Below the pieces are notes generated by a model. The model ran no database searches. It saw only the letters and a program-made list of their open reading frames with translations, and had not been told where the DNA came from. From Octopus sinensis (lineage: Eukaryota), in the NCBI RefSeq assembly GCF_006345805.1, contig NC_042999.1, positions 126,418,001 through 126,482,000 on the forward strand: a stretch of DNA of 64,000 bases, read 5' to 3'. The position numbers and the translations under genes are program-made. Positions 1-12,270 of the stretch are shown piece after piece (the first letter of the stretch is position 1; each line of letters opens with the position of its first letter).

Positions 1-119
1 AAGATTAATAAATACATAAAAATAAATTTAAAAAGTAACCCCACTACATATTATAAATTATTTCCCATACCCTTATAATTATAAGCTAAAATTAGTGATC
101 ATAACAAATCTATATATAC

Positions 120-417
120 TAATCAAAATTAGTAGTATAACTATACATACGTATACATAAATATATAAGAAAATATCCATACATATACATATATATATAC
201 ATATATACACATATACACATATACATACATATACATATACATACACATATACACATACATACTCACATACATTCATATACATATATACACACATATATAC
301 ACACACTTCCACCCATACACATATGCACACTCATACATGCATGTACATACATACAATACTCAATATATACACTTACACCAATATATACACACCCACACAC
401 ATACAAATAAATAAATG

Positions 418-481
<64 letters not shown>

Positions 482-530
482 TATATATTATATATATATC
501 TTATATATATATATATATATATAGACATCA
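120..530. repeat. compound (TA)n/(CA)n/(TACA)n microsatellite
   Basis: Directly visible dinucleotide and tetranucleotide runs; explains ORFs 79..330 and 415..636. Confidence 0.9.
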
Positions 531-1053
531 TCAAATACACATATATACAAACACACACATCCAATATATTATAAATAAAAATAGATATATAAATGCCTAT
601 AATCATACTACAATACATAATAGAGGTAAATACTAAGTTAAATCTAAAAAATTACTACTAATCTATACTTCTATATTGAATAAAATGGATTAAGTAAACA
701 ACTAAATAAAACTATTTCAAATATAAAGAGATTACATACAAATAGATTAATATAACAAAATTATAATTTACGAAATTATAATAGAAATATAACAAAAATT
801 TAACAAAATTTATAAAATAAATAAAATGTAACTTACCAGACTCAATATTCAATAAACCATTAAAATATTATTATTCAGTAATAAAATTTATTAATACAAT
901 GAAAAATCATCTATAATCTAACTATAATTAAAAACAAACCTAAATAACTAAAATAAACTATTAAATATGTACTACAAATCATGGTAGATTTATAATACTA
1001 ATACATAAAACAATAAATAGGGAGCTAATTAGGCTAATAAATAATATTATTTA

Positions 1054-1410
1054 TCAAGAAAATTTATATAAGTAAAGTAACTTGTGTCTGCATTTTATTT
1101 TGCGCTCATCACGGGTATTCAGTAAATTATCATACTTATAAAATAAAATTTCCTTAAACTCATTAGAGCACAAATAACAAAAATTCGCTCCTATTGTATA
1201 TGATTTAGTTTTACTAATTATTTCCCAAGATAAATTATAATTAATATTTTGGGATTTAAGTCTCCAAATGTACTTGCTAAGTCCAGTGGAGTTAATTAAG
1301 TTTTTATTTTTAAACGAATTCAAATGTTGTGCGATTCTTAATTTTATTTTAGAGGAAGTAGACCCTATATATATCGCGTTTGAGTTATTATTATTCTTAT
1401 TAAAAATATT
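1054..1410 (-). pseudogene. Penelope-like element (PLE) C-terminal GIY-YIG endonuclease fragment
   Basis: The ORF extends upstream without ATG: AIYIGSTSSKIKLRIAQHLNSFK..STGLSKYIWRLK..WEII..CYLCSNE..LLNTRDE..KCRHK. This has the YIG motif plus the H/CxxC/CRH zinc motif typical of PLE endonucleases. Confidence 0.85.
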
Positions 1411-1432
1411 GATTATATTTTAGATATTTAAA

Positions 1433-1495
1433 CCACCTGATGAATGACTGCGACTCAAAAATTTGAAGACAGCAGGCATGAAACGATCGTAGTGT
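1433..1495 (+). ncRNA. minimal type I hammerhead ribozyme, intact core
   Basis: Stem I cac(1434-36)/gtg(1492-94); CTGATGA 1437-43; stem II atgactgc/gcaggcat (7 of 8 pairs); GAAA 1480-83; palindromic stem III ACGATCGT; GUA cleavage triplet ending at 1491. Confidence 0.8.
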
Positions 1496-1625
1496 GATAT
1501 TAATTATATTTTTTAATAGTTTTGTTACATATTTAAATAATATAAATTAATCATATGTATTGGCTTAAGTTTTTCATTGTTTGATTTGCCTAATAGTGGT
1601 TTTGTCTCTAATTTAATATAATATA

Positions 1626-1660
<35 letters not shown>

Positions 1661-1679
1661 ATATATATATAATATATAT

Positions 1680-1721
<42 letters not shown>

Positions 1722-2580
1722 ATATATATACAGAGAGAGGGGCGATAGAGAAGATGCACTTGCCCTCTCTTGCAAAATGTATGCATATATACATCGACAA
1801 CAGACGAGCATACAAAAAACAAAAAACTATACACTTATCGTATGCAAATTATTAGCTCCAGTCTTCTGTAGATACTGAAATGGTTGAGTATTGAAGCAAA
1901 CTGGCAGCTTCTTCCTCCGGGATTAGTCAGATTGATCAGAATCCAATAAAATTCAATATTCGATTAAAGGTGTTCCTCATTTTTTCTTTGCCAAGTATCC
2001 ATCCGTCGAAAGGAGGGGAACCACCATTTATGCTAAAGGATTATTAATGACTTGAGCAGTGACTTTGTTTAAAAACAAGAAGAGTCACGCACCATCAACC
2101 CCACACTTTCGTCTGTGACCATCTTCAATCCAGTGGCAAGACGACTGGGAATAGCGAAGAATGGCGTGAATGACCAAGATGTCATATGCTCCTTATTTTA
2201 CTAAAGGCATGCTAATTAACCTGTAGCTAGGACCCTGAGAGGTGCTACAATTCTGGATCAGAGTAGCTCTGGAAGCAATAATGGCTAAGAGGTGATTCTA
2301 CATTCCTCAAAATGCTGGAACTCCTGAAACGGGCCTCACTACCCGATCCAATTTAAAGTAATTTCCAAAACAAATACATACATACATGCATGCATACATA
2401 AATACATACATATATATATGTGTGTGTGTGCATATGTGTGTGCGTGGAACCCACAAGAGTAAACAAGAGAGACAGAGACAAGCAGAAACAAGGAAAATGC
2501 CACTTATATTTGAACACTATACAAATATTCTTTTAAAAAAACTTTTCTTTTAATTTTTCTAAATTTAATTATTTAATTGT

Positions 2581-2621
2581 TACAGTTGAAGAAGTCTCAA
2601 TGACTGAAGCCGGTACTGAAA
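2581..2621 (+). ncRNA. decayed hammerhead ribozyme motif
   Basis: cag-TTGAAGA-agtc/tcaat/gact-GAAG-CCGGT-A-ctg. Two core substitutions, but stems I and II and the (A)CCGGT palindrome are recognisable. Confidence 0.55.
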
Positions 2622-2666
2622 TGTTCTTTATAAAATTATTTTAGCATTTTCTATCCTGACTTGTTT

Positions 2667-2736
<70 letters not shown>

Positions 2737-2837
2737 TATATATATATAAAGTTAATCAAACAAGAAAACACAGCAACGCGAGGACGTGGAACAAATAAAG
2801 TATTATTGGACGCTCAGGAAAGAAGGGAAGAAGGAGG

Positions 2838-2872
2838 GTTTAACGTTTCGAGCGGAGCTCTTCGTCGGAAAC
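2838..2872 (-). ncRNA. minimal hammerhead ribozyme motif with one core substitution
   Basis: Minus strand gttt-CCGACGA-a-gagc/tcc/gctc-GAAA-CGT-T-aaac; perfect 4-bp stems I and II and an ACGT palindrome. Confidence 0.65.
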
Positions 2873-2975
2873 AAAGGAGAAGGAAAGATCCCGAGAAGGG
2901 AAGACAGAGGAAAAAAAATTACTGGCGGTGCTCACGAGGTCACATGTTGAAATAACGGAAGTTGAAAGGTATATA

Positions 2976-3078
<103 letters not shown>

Positions 3079-3161
3079 CGTATATATATTATTATTATTA
3101 TCATTATTATTATTATTATTATTAACCTTTGAAATCAGGGCAACCTTTCTGCCGCACACTG

Positions 3162-3205
<44 letters not shown>

Positions 3206-3223
3206 TGTGTGTGTGTGTGTATA

Positions 3224-3882
3224 CGAAGGTAAGTCAAAATTATCCGCCATAACATATCTTTATTATTGTCACATTGCTTATTGCGCATGCGTGCTTATAG
3301 TTGGTACTATTATGGTCAAGTGATCGAAGTTTGAACCTGATCGTGCCATTTTTCTTTCTGGTTTTACGGTGTAAGCCTGGCCACTCTACTAGCAATATGT
3401 ACCAAATAAGAACAAAGAGTAGTGATCCGAGAGATGGTAATGGCGAACCTGTTCACTATTACCATTTCTCAAACTGGCTAAATCTTCTCGTCAGTGATGG
3501 AGGTGGACGGGCAACCTGCTCCCTCTTCGGGCATTATGCTTGTCCGGTCACTTTTAAATTTCTCGACCCACTCAATCACACTTCTATGCGGTAGTGCATT
3601 GTCCCCGTATTTTGCTAAAAGCCTCCGATGAATTTCGGCACTTGACACATCTTCCAACCAGAAAAATCGGATCTCTGCTCTTCGTTCTTCTTTGGTGCAC
3701 ATTGCTAGTGGAGTGGCCATGCTTACACCGTAAAGCCAGAAAGAAAAATGGCACAACCAGGCTCAAACTTCGATCACGTGATCACAATAGTACCAACTAT
3801 AAGCACGCATGCGCAAGAGGTAATGTGACAATAATAATAAAGTTATGTTATGGCGAAAGTGCGGATAATTGACTTCCACTCG
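3224..3882 (-). mobile_element. mariner-derived foldback element with ~205-bp inverted arms
   Basis: Ends CGAAGGTAAGTCAAAATTATCCGC / GCGGATAATTGACTTCCACTCG; 3224-3429 aligns inverted to 3668-3882; the interior encodes a mariner N-terminus. Confidence 0.85.
3478..3756 (-). pseudogene. mariner transposase N-terminal HTH fragment
   Basis: EERRAEIRFFWLEDVSSAEIHRRLLAKYGDNAL..VIEWVEKFKSDRTS..EGAGCPSTS, a Mos1-type HTH plus GRP-like motif; truncated. Confidence 0.85.
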
Positions 3883-3991
3883 CATATATCTATATATATA
3901 TATATATATATATATATAACGGGAAGCTTTATGAAAATAAACAAAAGACGAAGGCAGGTGGAATACAAACAAACAATTGTATATATATATA

Positions 3992-4123
<132 letters not shown>

Positions 4124-4721
4124 GTACTTATATATGTATGTATGTATATATATCCATCTTCTCTTGAACCAACCAAAGCCTCTAGTTCCTTCCACACATC
4201 TTTATATCTATTCGCCAGTACCTATTCATTACCACCTCTATCGATGTATTTCCAAGATGTTGAGCATTGCTCACAAGCACAAATGTAATGAAAAAATATC
4301 TTATTTTGTTTTTATTTATTTATTTATTTATTTTTGTTTTCATTTCAGTTACTGATTACGCTCAATTAACGAATACACTACTGCGCTACTGTTCAGATAA
4401 GATAGTAAAGTATTATAATATATTTTAACTTGCCACAATTAACTCATCCCTCAAGAAGAATTAGCTAAAAGAAGGTGACAGGACGAGCCAATTGAAAACA
4501 TTTTGCTGAATTCGAAATCTGTTGGAAATAGATTTCGTTCGTCTGTTTGTTTACTAAATTATTTGCAATATAATACTGGGTTTCAGACGTTCATTCTCCT
4601 TCACAGCATCTCACAGATGCGACTTCAGACACAACTATCAAATCGAATCAATCTTCTGTGGGTATTTCACAATCTATATAGCTACATATTCATCTGTATG
4701 TATGTATGTATGTATGTATAT

Positions 4722-4781
<60 letters not shown>

Positions 4782-4880
4782 TCACACACATACACGCACG
4801 CACACGTACACATGCACACATGTATGTATAGATGTATGTATATGTATAAACATATACATACATATGTAAGTAAATATATA

Positions 4881-4959
<79 letters not shown>

Positions 4960-5020
4960 GTACACGCGCACACACACGCACACACACACACATATATATA
5001 CATATATATATATACATGTT

Positions 5021-5253
5021 AAGGCGGCGAGCTGGTAGAAACGTTAGCACGCCGGGCGAAATTCGTAGCCGTATTTCGTCTGTCGTTACGTTCCGAGTTC
5101 AAATTCCGCCGAGGTCGACTTTGCCTTTCATCCTTTCGGGGTCGATAAATTAAGTACCAGTTACGCACTGGGGTCGATGTAGTCGACTTAATCCCTTTGT
5201 CTGTCCTTGTTTGTCCCCTCTGTGTTTAGCCCCTTGTGGGTAGTAAAGAAATA
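5021..5253 (+). mobile_element. tRNA-derived SINE, family A
   Basis: GGCGGCGAGCTGG head, B-box GAGTTCAAATTCC, central GCCTTTCATCCTTTCGGGGTCGATAAATTAAGTACCAG, AAAGAAATA tail; at least 11 copies in the window. Confidence 0.85.
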
Positions 5254-5310
5254 CATATATACATATATGTATATAGATGTGTGTATATATATATGTTATA
5301 TTATATATAC

Positions 5311-5528
5311 GTGAAGGCTCGTGGCTTAGTGGTTAGGGCATTAGGCTTATGATCGTAAGGTCGTGAGTTCAATTCCCGGTGGCACCTTGAGTCCTTGAAC
5401 AAGACACTTTATTTTCACATTGCTCCAGTCCACTTAGCTGGCAAAAATGAGTAGTACCTGTATTTCAAAGGGCCAGCCTTCACACTTTGTGTCACGCTGA
5501 ATCTCCCTGAGAACTACATCAAGGGTAC
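5311..5528 (+). mobile_element. tRNA-derived SINE, family B (CORE-like body), 3' truncated
   Basis: A-box GTGGCTTAGTGG, B-box GAGTTCAATTCC, then TCCTTGAACAAGACACTT..TTGCTCCAGTCCAC. Confidence 0.8.
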
Positions 5529-5747
5529 AGAAACGTTAGCACGCCGGGCGAGATGCTTAGCGATATTTTGTCTGCCGTTACGTTCTGAGTTCAAATTCCG
5601 CCGGGGTTGCCTTTGCTTTTCATCCTTTCGTGGTCGATAAATTAAGTACCAGTTACGCACTGGGGTCGATATAATCGACTTAATCCGTTTGTCTGTCCTC
5701 GTTTGTCTCCTCTGTGTTTGGCATCTTGTGGGCAATAAAGAAATAAG
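5529..5747 (+). mobile_element. SINE family A, 5' truncated, fused to the family B copy
   Basis: Aligns to 5038-5253. Confidence 0.8.
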
Positions 5748-6699
5748 ATATCGAAATAGCCTTATAAAGATAGTTAACTCTGCTATATATACAATGCCTT
5801 ACTGGTTTTTGGTTACTATTGGGTTAATCCAACAAAATCTAAACGAAGTAAATATCTCAGCTACCACTGACAGCATATAAAATAAAGATATATCGAACTT
5901 AAAATTAAACATCTAAATCTTAGTCTTAATTGGAGTTAATCTTAACTATATTTCACAGCTGTCGAGTAAAAGGGTTGTGGAATGTCAATAACAAGAGATG
6001 GGCAGACAAGAAAATTCCAATTCACCCAAACACGTGTCATCAATGTCTACAAAAATAGGTTGCGACTGTTTTACTTAGTGCCACCGGAACACTATGATAT
6101 AACGATTGTACAAAAAAAAAACAATGACACCATGTTTATTTTGTTTACTACTTCTTCTTTCCTTCTTTCTTTCCCTCTTTCTTTATTTCTTTCCTTCTCT
6201 CTTTCTTGTTTGTCCAGATCAAAGTGAAAAGCATAGAGATTCGGACTATTTTTTCGCATTCTTTTATGATTATTTTAACAACTAATTGCTGACTTTTAGT
6301 TTTAAAAGTGTCTCAACTGATGGATACGCCAAGATCAGCAAGTTATTTCTACTTAAATGGCAAAATTATTGCATTTCTGCTTACACACGGAAGTACTTTG
6401 CTTTGAACTCAACTTTTTTCACTCTAGTACAAAAGAGCGACCCAGTGGGAAAATTTGGAGTGAAAAAAAATACTTGCAATAATAAAGGTCAGGATATATT
6501 TTTTACGTATTTCTTTGGATGAAAATCAAAACATGATTATTATTATAATCAATAACATAGATAGCTTTGAAGGTAACTCTCAGATTTCAAAGAATTCTTT
6601 TTAATAGCACTTTGTATACGGGGGAGTGGTTAGTTATGGATTTTTCGAAAGGTCACTAAATGATATTGCAGTCACAGTTACGCACAATCATCAATATAT

Positions 6700-7322
6700 A
6701 ACACATATGTATGTGTATGTGTGTCCATGTGTGTGTATCCGTGTGTGTGTGTGTGGTGTGTGTGTGTGTGTGTGTGTGCCCGTGTATGTGTGTCCGTGTG
6801 TGTGTGTCTATGCGTGTGTGCAAGTGCGTGTGAATGTATCCGTGACAAATGTACATGCAACGTATAAACACAAAATATATGTAATTATAATATATGTACT
6901 CAATGAATGTAAATTCTCTCTCCTGTCAAGATGTACACATACACAAACACATACACACACACATACACACATACGCTCACACACACACACACATATATGT
7001 GTGTGTGCGTATGTGTGTATGTGTGTGTGTGTATGTGTTTGTGTGTGTGTGTGTGTGCGTGTGTGCGTGTGTGTGTGTGTGTGTGTCTGTGTCTGTGTAT
7101 GTATGTATGTATGTATGTATGTATGTATGTATGTATGTATGTATGTATGCGTGTGTGTATACTCAGAACTGTGTACGTATACACGATGGACCCGCACACA
7201 AACACAGAATCAAAAATTCATGCAAGTTACGAAAAGTATTGTGTGTTGTGGGTATGTATGTATGTGTGTGTAGATATATATGCATACATATATATGCATA
7301 CATATATATGTCCGTTTGCATG

Positions 7323-7354
<32 letters not shown>

Positions 7355-7400
7355 TGTATGTATGTATGTATGTATGTATGTATGTGTGTGTGTATGTGAT
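6700..7400. repeat. compound (GT)n/(TATG)n microsatellite
   Basis: Directly visible; source of the CV/MY/HT-repeat ORFs. Confidence 0.9.
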
Positions 7401-7990
7401 ATGTACTCAATAAATACATATATTCAAATTCCTACAAATTGTGAGAAGTGTGTGTGGGTATGTATGATACAAACTTCAAGAACCGTATTTATAAACTTAT
7501 TTAGAAAGGTCATCACCATGACAACATGGTAAATGAATTGAATAACAAAGGTTAGAAACTTCAACCATACCAAATATTACTTACTTAGCTAACCATGCCA
7601 TCTACTACTAACTTAACTAACCATGTCAGGTACTACCAACTTAATTACCAGCATCTAATATTATAGATTTATTCTTATCAAACTTCACTGATTTTATTGA
7701 GCCATCGTGAGGTTGGCGGCGTTTTCTTTTGCTTATTAGTTCTTTAGTTGATTTAAGCTGTTATTGCATATAATGATCATTGATCCGGTGCTGCTATCGC
7801 TGTCTTTTCTGAATGTTCGAAAGACAGAACTCTTAAGGTCAAAATATAAGGTTAAATAAAATGAGGCACCGATGGATATTGTATCAGAATGTTCTTGCTT
7901 TAACCTGACCCTTAGTAAAAGGTTTTGTTCGGGACCCTTGAGAGCAGAGAATTTATGCTTGTACATATGAGAATTCATGTTGTATGTATG

Positions 7991-8024
<34 letters not shown>

Positions 8025-8324
8025 TGTATGTATGTATGTATGTATGTATGTATGTATGTATGTATGTGTGCTGATTTGTATGTTTTGTCTTATGTACGTA
8101 TTCTCATGCATATAGTTGCATGTCTAGATGTGTTCATATATACTTAAATAATAAACTTCTGGAAAGTTTTATAGATGTTTATAGTTCCAGTGATGGCTTG
8201 GATCTATAGTTTTCGAATCAGCTTCCTGCTTTCTGTTTTTGAGAATCCTAATTTCTCAAGATTAGTACTTAGGCAGTGTTACGTATGTATGTATATATGT
8301 ATGTATGTATGTATGTATGTTATG

Positions 8325-8878
8325 TCAGGTCACTTTCGTGTGCTACTGGTAACATGTAACCCAGTACAACCTGTTGCATGGTCGGGTCGTCGGCGACTAA
8401 ACCGGCAACCCCACCAAGCTTGCTTGATGAGGAGGGTGTTTATTGGACACCCTGCGGGATGAAAAACAAAACTCGTCAAAGGGCGGAGGAACTCTTGAGA
8501 GTCAACGGCCATCCAATAATTGTCTTAAGGCTGTATCATGCGCGGCGACATAGAAATAATCGGACTGAATACCCGATCGCGCGGTTAAACCATTGGGAGT
8601 GAAGGACTCCTAGCCTTTGTTAGGGCATCCTTCTAGGAGAAGGTAACTCAGGTAACTGGGATAACTCCGACATAAAACCTGCGGCTCAGTGGTTACCGAT
8701 GATATTGACTTGTTCTTCTTTTCGGATTATGGCTGCTGTTGCTTAGTGAGTGGGATTGACTCAGTGCACAGCCTTTCCTCACTTTAAAAAAAATCTTCTT
8801 GCACAGGCATTGCACGATAACAACATTGATTAAGCTTCGTGCAATGGCCATAGTTGATAACGAGGGGGCAGCCACCAT
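8325..8878 (+). mobile_element. short non-coding RTE-related element (5'UTR-like part plus LINE-like 3' end, (ATGT)n tail)
   Basis: Flanked by (TATG)n. Contains GGGCATCCTTCTAGGAGAAGG, a motif I associate with RTE 5' regions. Its 3' end ACGAGGGGGCAGCCACC(ATGT)n resembles ACGAGTGGATAGCCGTC(ATGT)n of the adjacent RTE. Confidence 0.5.
8327..8406 (+). ncRNA. HDV-like ribozyme remnant (5' part missing)
   Basis: Order P3/L3-like agg-TCACTTT-cgt, P1'-like gtgctact, GG, P4 catgtaac/gttgcatg (8 bp), J4/2-like CTAA at 8397-8400, P2'-like accggc. The P1 and P2 5' strands are absent. Confidence 0.4.
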
Positions 8879-8939
8879 GTATGTATGTATGTATGTATGT
8901 ATGTATGTATGTATGTATGTATGTATGTATGTATGCATG

Positions 8940-10460
8940 CATGCTGGCAATGTTCTGGCAAGTATTCTTCTTATCCGCCTGAATAGGTGTGTTGTAAATG
9001 ATGTCCTATCTGAGTTTCAATGTGGTTTCCGATCTGGAAGAAGAACGATGGATATGATTTTCACAGCGAGATAGATGCAAGAGAAGTACTATGAGCAGAA
9101 TATGGATCTTGTCCAGGTATTCATTGATTTAACCAAGGCCTTTGATACTGTGAATAGAGCCTCCCTATGGAAAATACTTGGCAATCTTGGATTTCCGGAT
9201 CACCTTGTATCAATAATCAAATCATTTCATGATGGGATTAAGGCTTGGGTCAATTTTGGTGGTGGCAGGACGGGACCTATTCCTGTAGTGAATGGTGTGA
9301 AGCAGGGTGACATACTTGCCCCAATTCTCTTTACTCTGCTACTCTTAATCATGCTTTTGCTGTGGACAGCTCTCCCGAGATGTATGTTAGATATCGATCT
9401 TCTGGTTGTCTTTTTAACTTGCGTCGATTTGCTGCCAATTCAAAAGTTTTACAGTCTCTTATTCGTGACCTCCTTTATGCAGATGACTGTGACCTAGTCA
9501 CTCATACAGAGGATAATATGCAAGTGCTTGTGAATCATATTTCCTCTTGCAAGGCTTTGGACTCCGCATTAGCCTGGACAAGACTGTTGTAATGTTCCAG
9601 CCTGCGCCAGGAAATCCATGTATGGAACCAGCTATCTTGATCGAAGGGACAATACTGAAAGTGGTAGACAAGTTCATCTACCTGGGCAGCACACTCAACC
9701 GTTCTTGCTCCCTGAATGATGAAATATCTTTCATGCTGCAGAGAGCAACTGATTCCTTCAGGTCTCTTAAGTCTCGTGTCTGACCCCCCAACAACAAGAC
9801 AAACAAAAATTGATGTGCACCATGCATATGTACTGACATCACTCCTTTACTCATGTGAGACATGGACCCTTTACAAAAGTTGTGAAAAGGTCCATCGGAG
9901 ATGTCTGAGACACATTCTGAATGTTGGCTGAACCTTAAAATCTTCAGATACACAGGTCCTGAGGAAAGCCGATATCCTGAGTAATTCAGGCGATTGTGCA
10001 CAAACACTGGTTGCATTGGACTGGACATCTTGTTAGAATGAATGATTGCAGGATCCATAAACAGATGCTATATGGGGAACTTGTTAGTGGAAAGTGACCC
10101 GACAGAAGCCAAGACCGCGATTTAAGGACTGTTTAAATTTAAGGCCCGTGAAATGTGGGGGGCTAACTGGGAGAGCAATGCTTGTCATCACCACGGATGG
10201 AGGCAACAGGTAAAGGAGGGAGTCGATATTTTTGAAAGAGCACGTATTCTTCGTGAAGAATTTAAGGGTGCTGCTCGAAAACGCACGGTTGGTGTAATGA
10301 ATTGGTCTGTAATGCTTGCAGTCGTGTATGTTTGTCAAGAGCAGGGCTCGTTAGTCACCGACGGAGTCGCAAGTGTAAAGTATAAGGTAGTCTTGAGCGC
10401 ACAATGCTCCTAAAAATCATTAATGGTTTTCCTCAGTCACGAGTGGATAGCCGTCATGTA
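8940..10460 (+). pseudogene. 5'-truncated RTE-clade LINE reverse transcriptase with 3' end
   Basis: QCGFRSGRRTMDMIF, FIDLTKAFDTVNR, GVKQGDILAPILF, YADD at 9476-9487, FIYLGS; several stops and frameshifts; (ATGT) tail at 10457. Confidence 0.9.
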
Positions 10461-10503
10461 TGTATGTTCTATTTTCTAAATTCTTTGAAATCATCTTCTA
10501 AAA

Positions 10504-10548
10504 GAGCTGCTGTTTCCGAACTAAATAACAGAGGCTTCATCAGTGAAA
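10504..10548 (-). ncRNA. strongly decayed hammerhead motif
   Basis: CTGATGA (10543-10537) and GAAAC are intact; stem III reads ACAGCAGC (expected ACAGCTGT, compare 57541); stems I and II are poor. Confidence 0.3.
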
Positions 10549-11106
10549 CATCAATAACTGTAATATAGAGCAATATGTTAAATCTTTTATATATTTAAAA
10601 GATTTTCGAAGGCCTTGGAAAGACTTTCATATTTTCATTATGACAAAATCGAACTTCGGACAAAATGTTTAGAGCTATTTGGTCACGGATCTTTACATTT
10701 AGAGTGCAAAACTGCCGGGATTAGCTGTACCTCCATCCTTTCGTGGTAGTAGAATAAAATATCAGTCGAGTACTGAATTCGATTGTATAAACTAACCCCT
10801 TCCCTTTAAAACTGGTGCGTTTTTTTTTTCTAACTCAGAAATTATTATTAGACTGAGATTAAATTGTCGGAATATGCTAGGATTTCTTTTCTTTTATCTG
10901 AAGCCACCCTAATTTTCAAGCATGTAACAATGTATTCCAAATATTACAAGCAAATATATGGACTTGTAAATTGGCTAAAGAAGAATTCTCTTCTAAATGG
11001 AACATTAAGTGTTATTTTGACCGGCTGGATGCTCGGAAAAAAGATTTAAAGAACGAAATTTTGTATCCAACACAGAAACACACACATACACACACATAAA
11101 CAGACG

Positions 11107-11149
<43 letters not shown>

Positions 11150-11308
11150 GTTTATATGTGTATACACGAAGAGAGAGAGAGAGCAGATCTGAGGCAAAAC
11201 AATGACAAAGACAATACACACACATTAGCGGTAACGATATAGCCATTCTCGGGAAGCCTGCAAGTCAAAGATACGCACATACATACATACATACATACAT
11301 ACATACAT

Positions 11309-11341
<33 letters not shown>

Positions 11342-11369
11342 TACATACATACATGCATACATACATATA

Positions 11370-11405
<36 letters not shown>

Positions 11406-12159
11406 TATAAACACGCACGCACACACACACACACATATATATATATGTGTGTGTGTGTGCATATATGTATGTATATATATATATATATATAATATATATA
11501 TATATATTATATATATATATATATATTATATATATATATATATATAAACAGGAGTATTGTAAAATAGTTATAACGTAAAAATAAGATATCGTCTAACATT
11601 TGTTTACTTTCTTTATGTTACGTTGACTTTGTTGTTTTACCTTACGAAACTGTTAAAATAAATACGCGATAAAGTACTTGGGTCCTTATAATTGTTAGTT
11701 AAAAAACCGTTTAAGGTTTGTTAAAAAAAAAACGTAATCATGATAACTGTCCAAAAACTGAATTCAGTAAGAGAATAAAAGCATATCAGCTGTACTCACA
11801 GAAATTTCAAGAATATTTTAAAACGTATAACATTGTTGAAATTTTATAGCGATCCACGAAATATTGTATTTTTTCTGGCGTGTTTGTTTCTTGAGATCTT
11901 GCAGAGTTCACATAGATAATACTGAAGGTACAGTCTTGAGGGAAAAAAAACTTTTAAAGTTAATCTTCTTGATTATATGCTATTCACAGCTGCCTCGAAA
12001 GCAGTTTGTTATCTTTTATTGTTTCAATTTAACTCGAGAAGGAAATAATCTTAACTGGCGAAAGAAATCGAAGGCATAGTCTATGCTGGTAAAGCTTTCA
12101 AAAATCTTAATACACTGCACTAGGTCATTATTTTTATATCAGAGAAAAACACATACAGG

Positions 12160-12221
12160 TTGACTTGAACCCACGATCCCGGTGAACGAATTACAAAAGC
12201 TGCACCACTGAGCTGTAGTGT

Positions 12222-12225
<4 letters not shown>
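12160..12225 (-). mobile_element. isolated tRNA-like SINE head
   Basis: Minus strand TACAGCTCAGTGG (A-box) ... GGGTTCAAGTC (B-box). Confidence 0.45.

Positions 12226-12270
<45 letters not shown>

Noticed and set aside
4150-4230. Possible 48-nt minus-strand exon ([16 protein letters not shown])
   Set aside because: The acceptor lacks a pyrimidine tract, the donor is weak, and there is no recognisable homology.
7555-7655. ~28-bp degenerate minisatellite (AACTTAACTAACCATG)
   Set aside because: Only about three decayed units; not informative without genomic copies.
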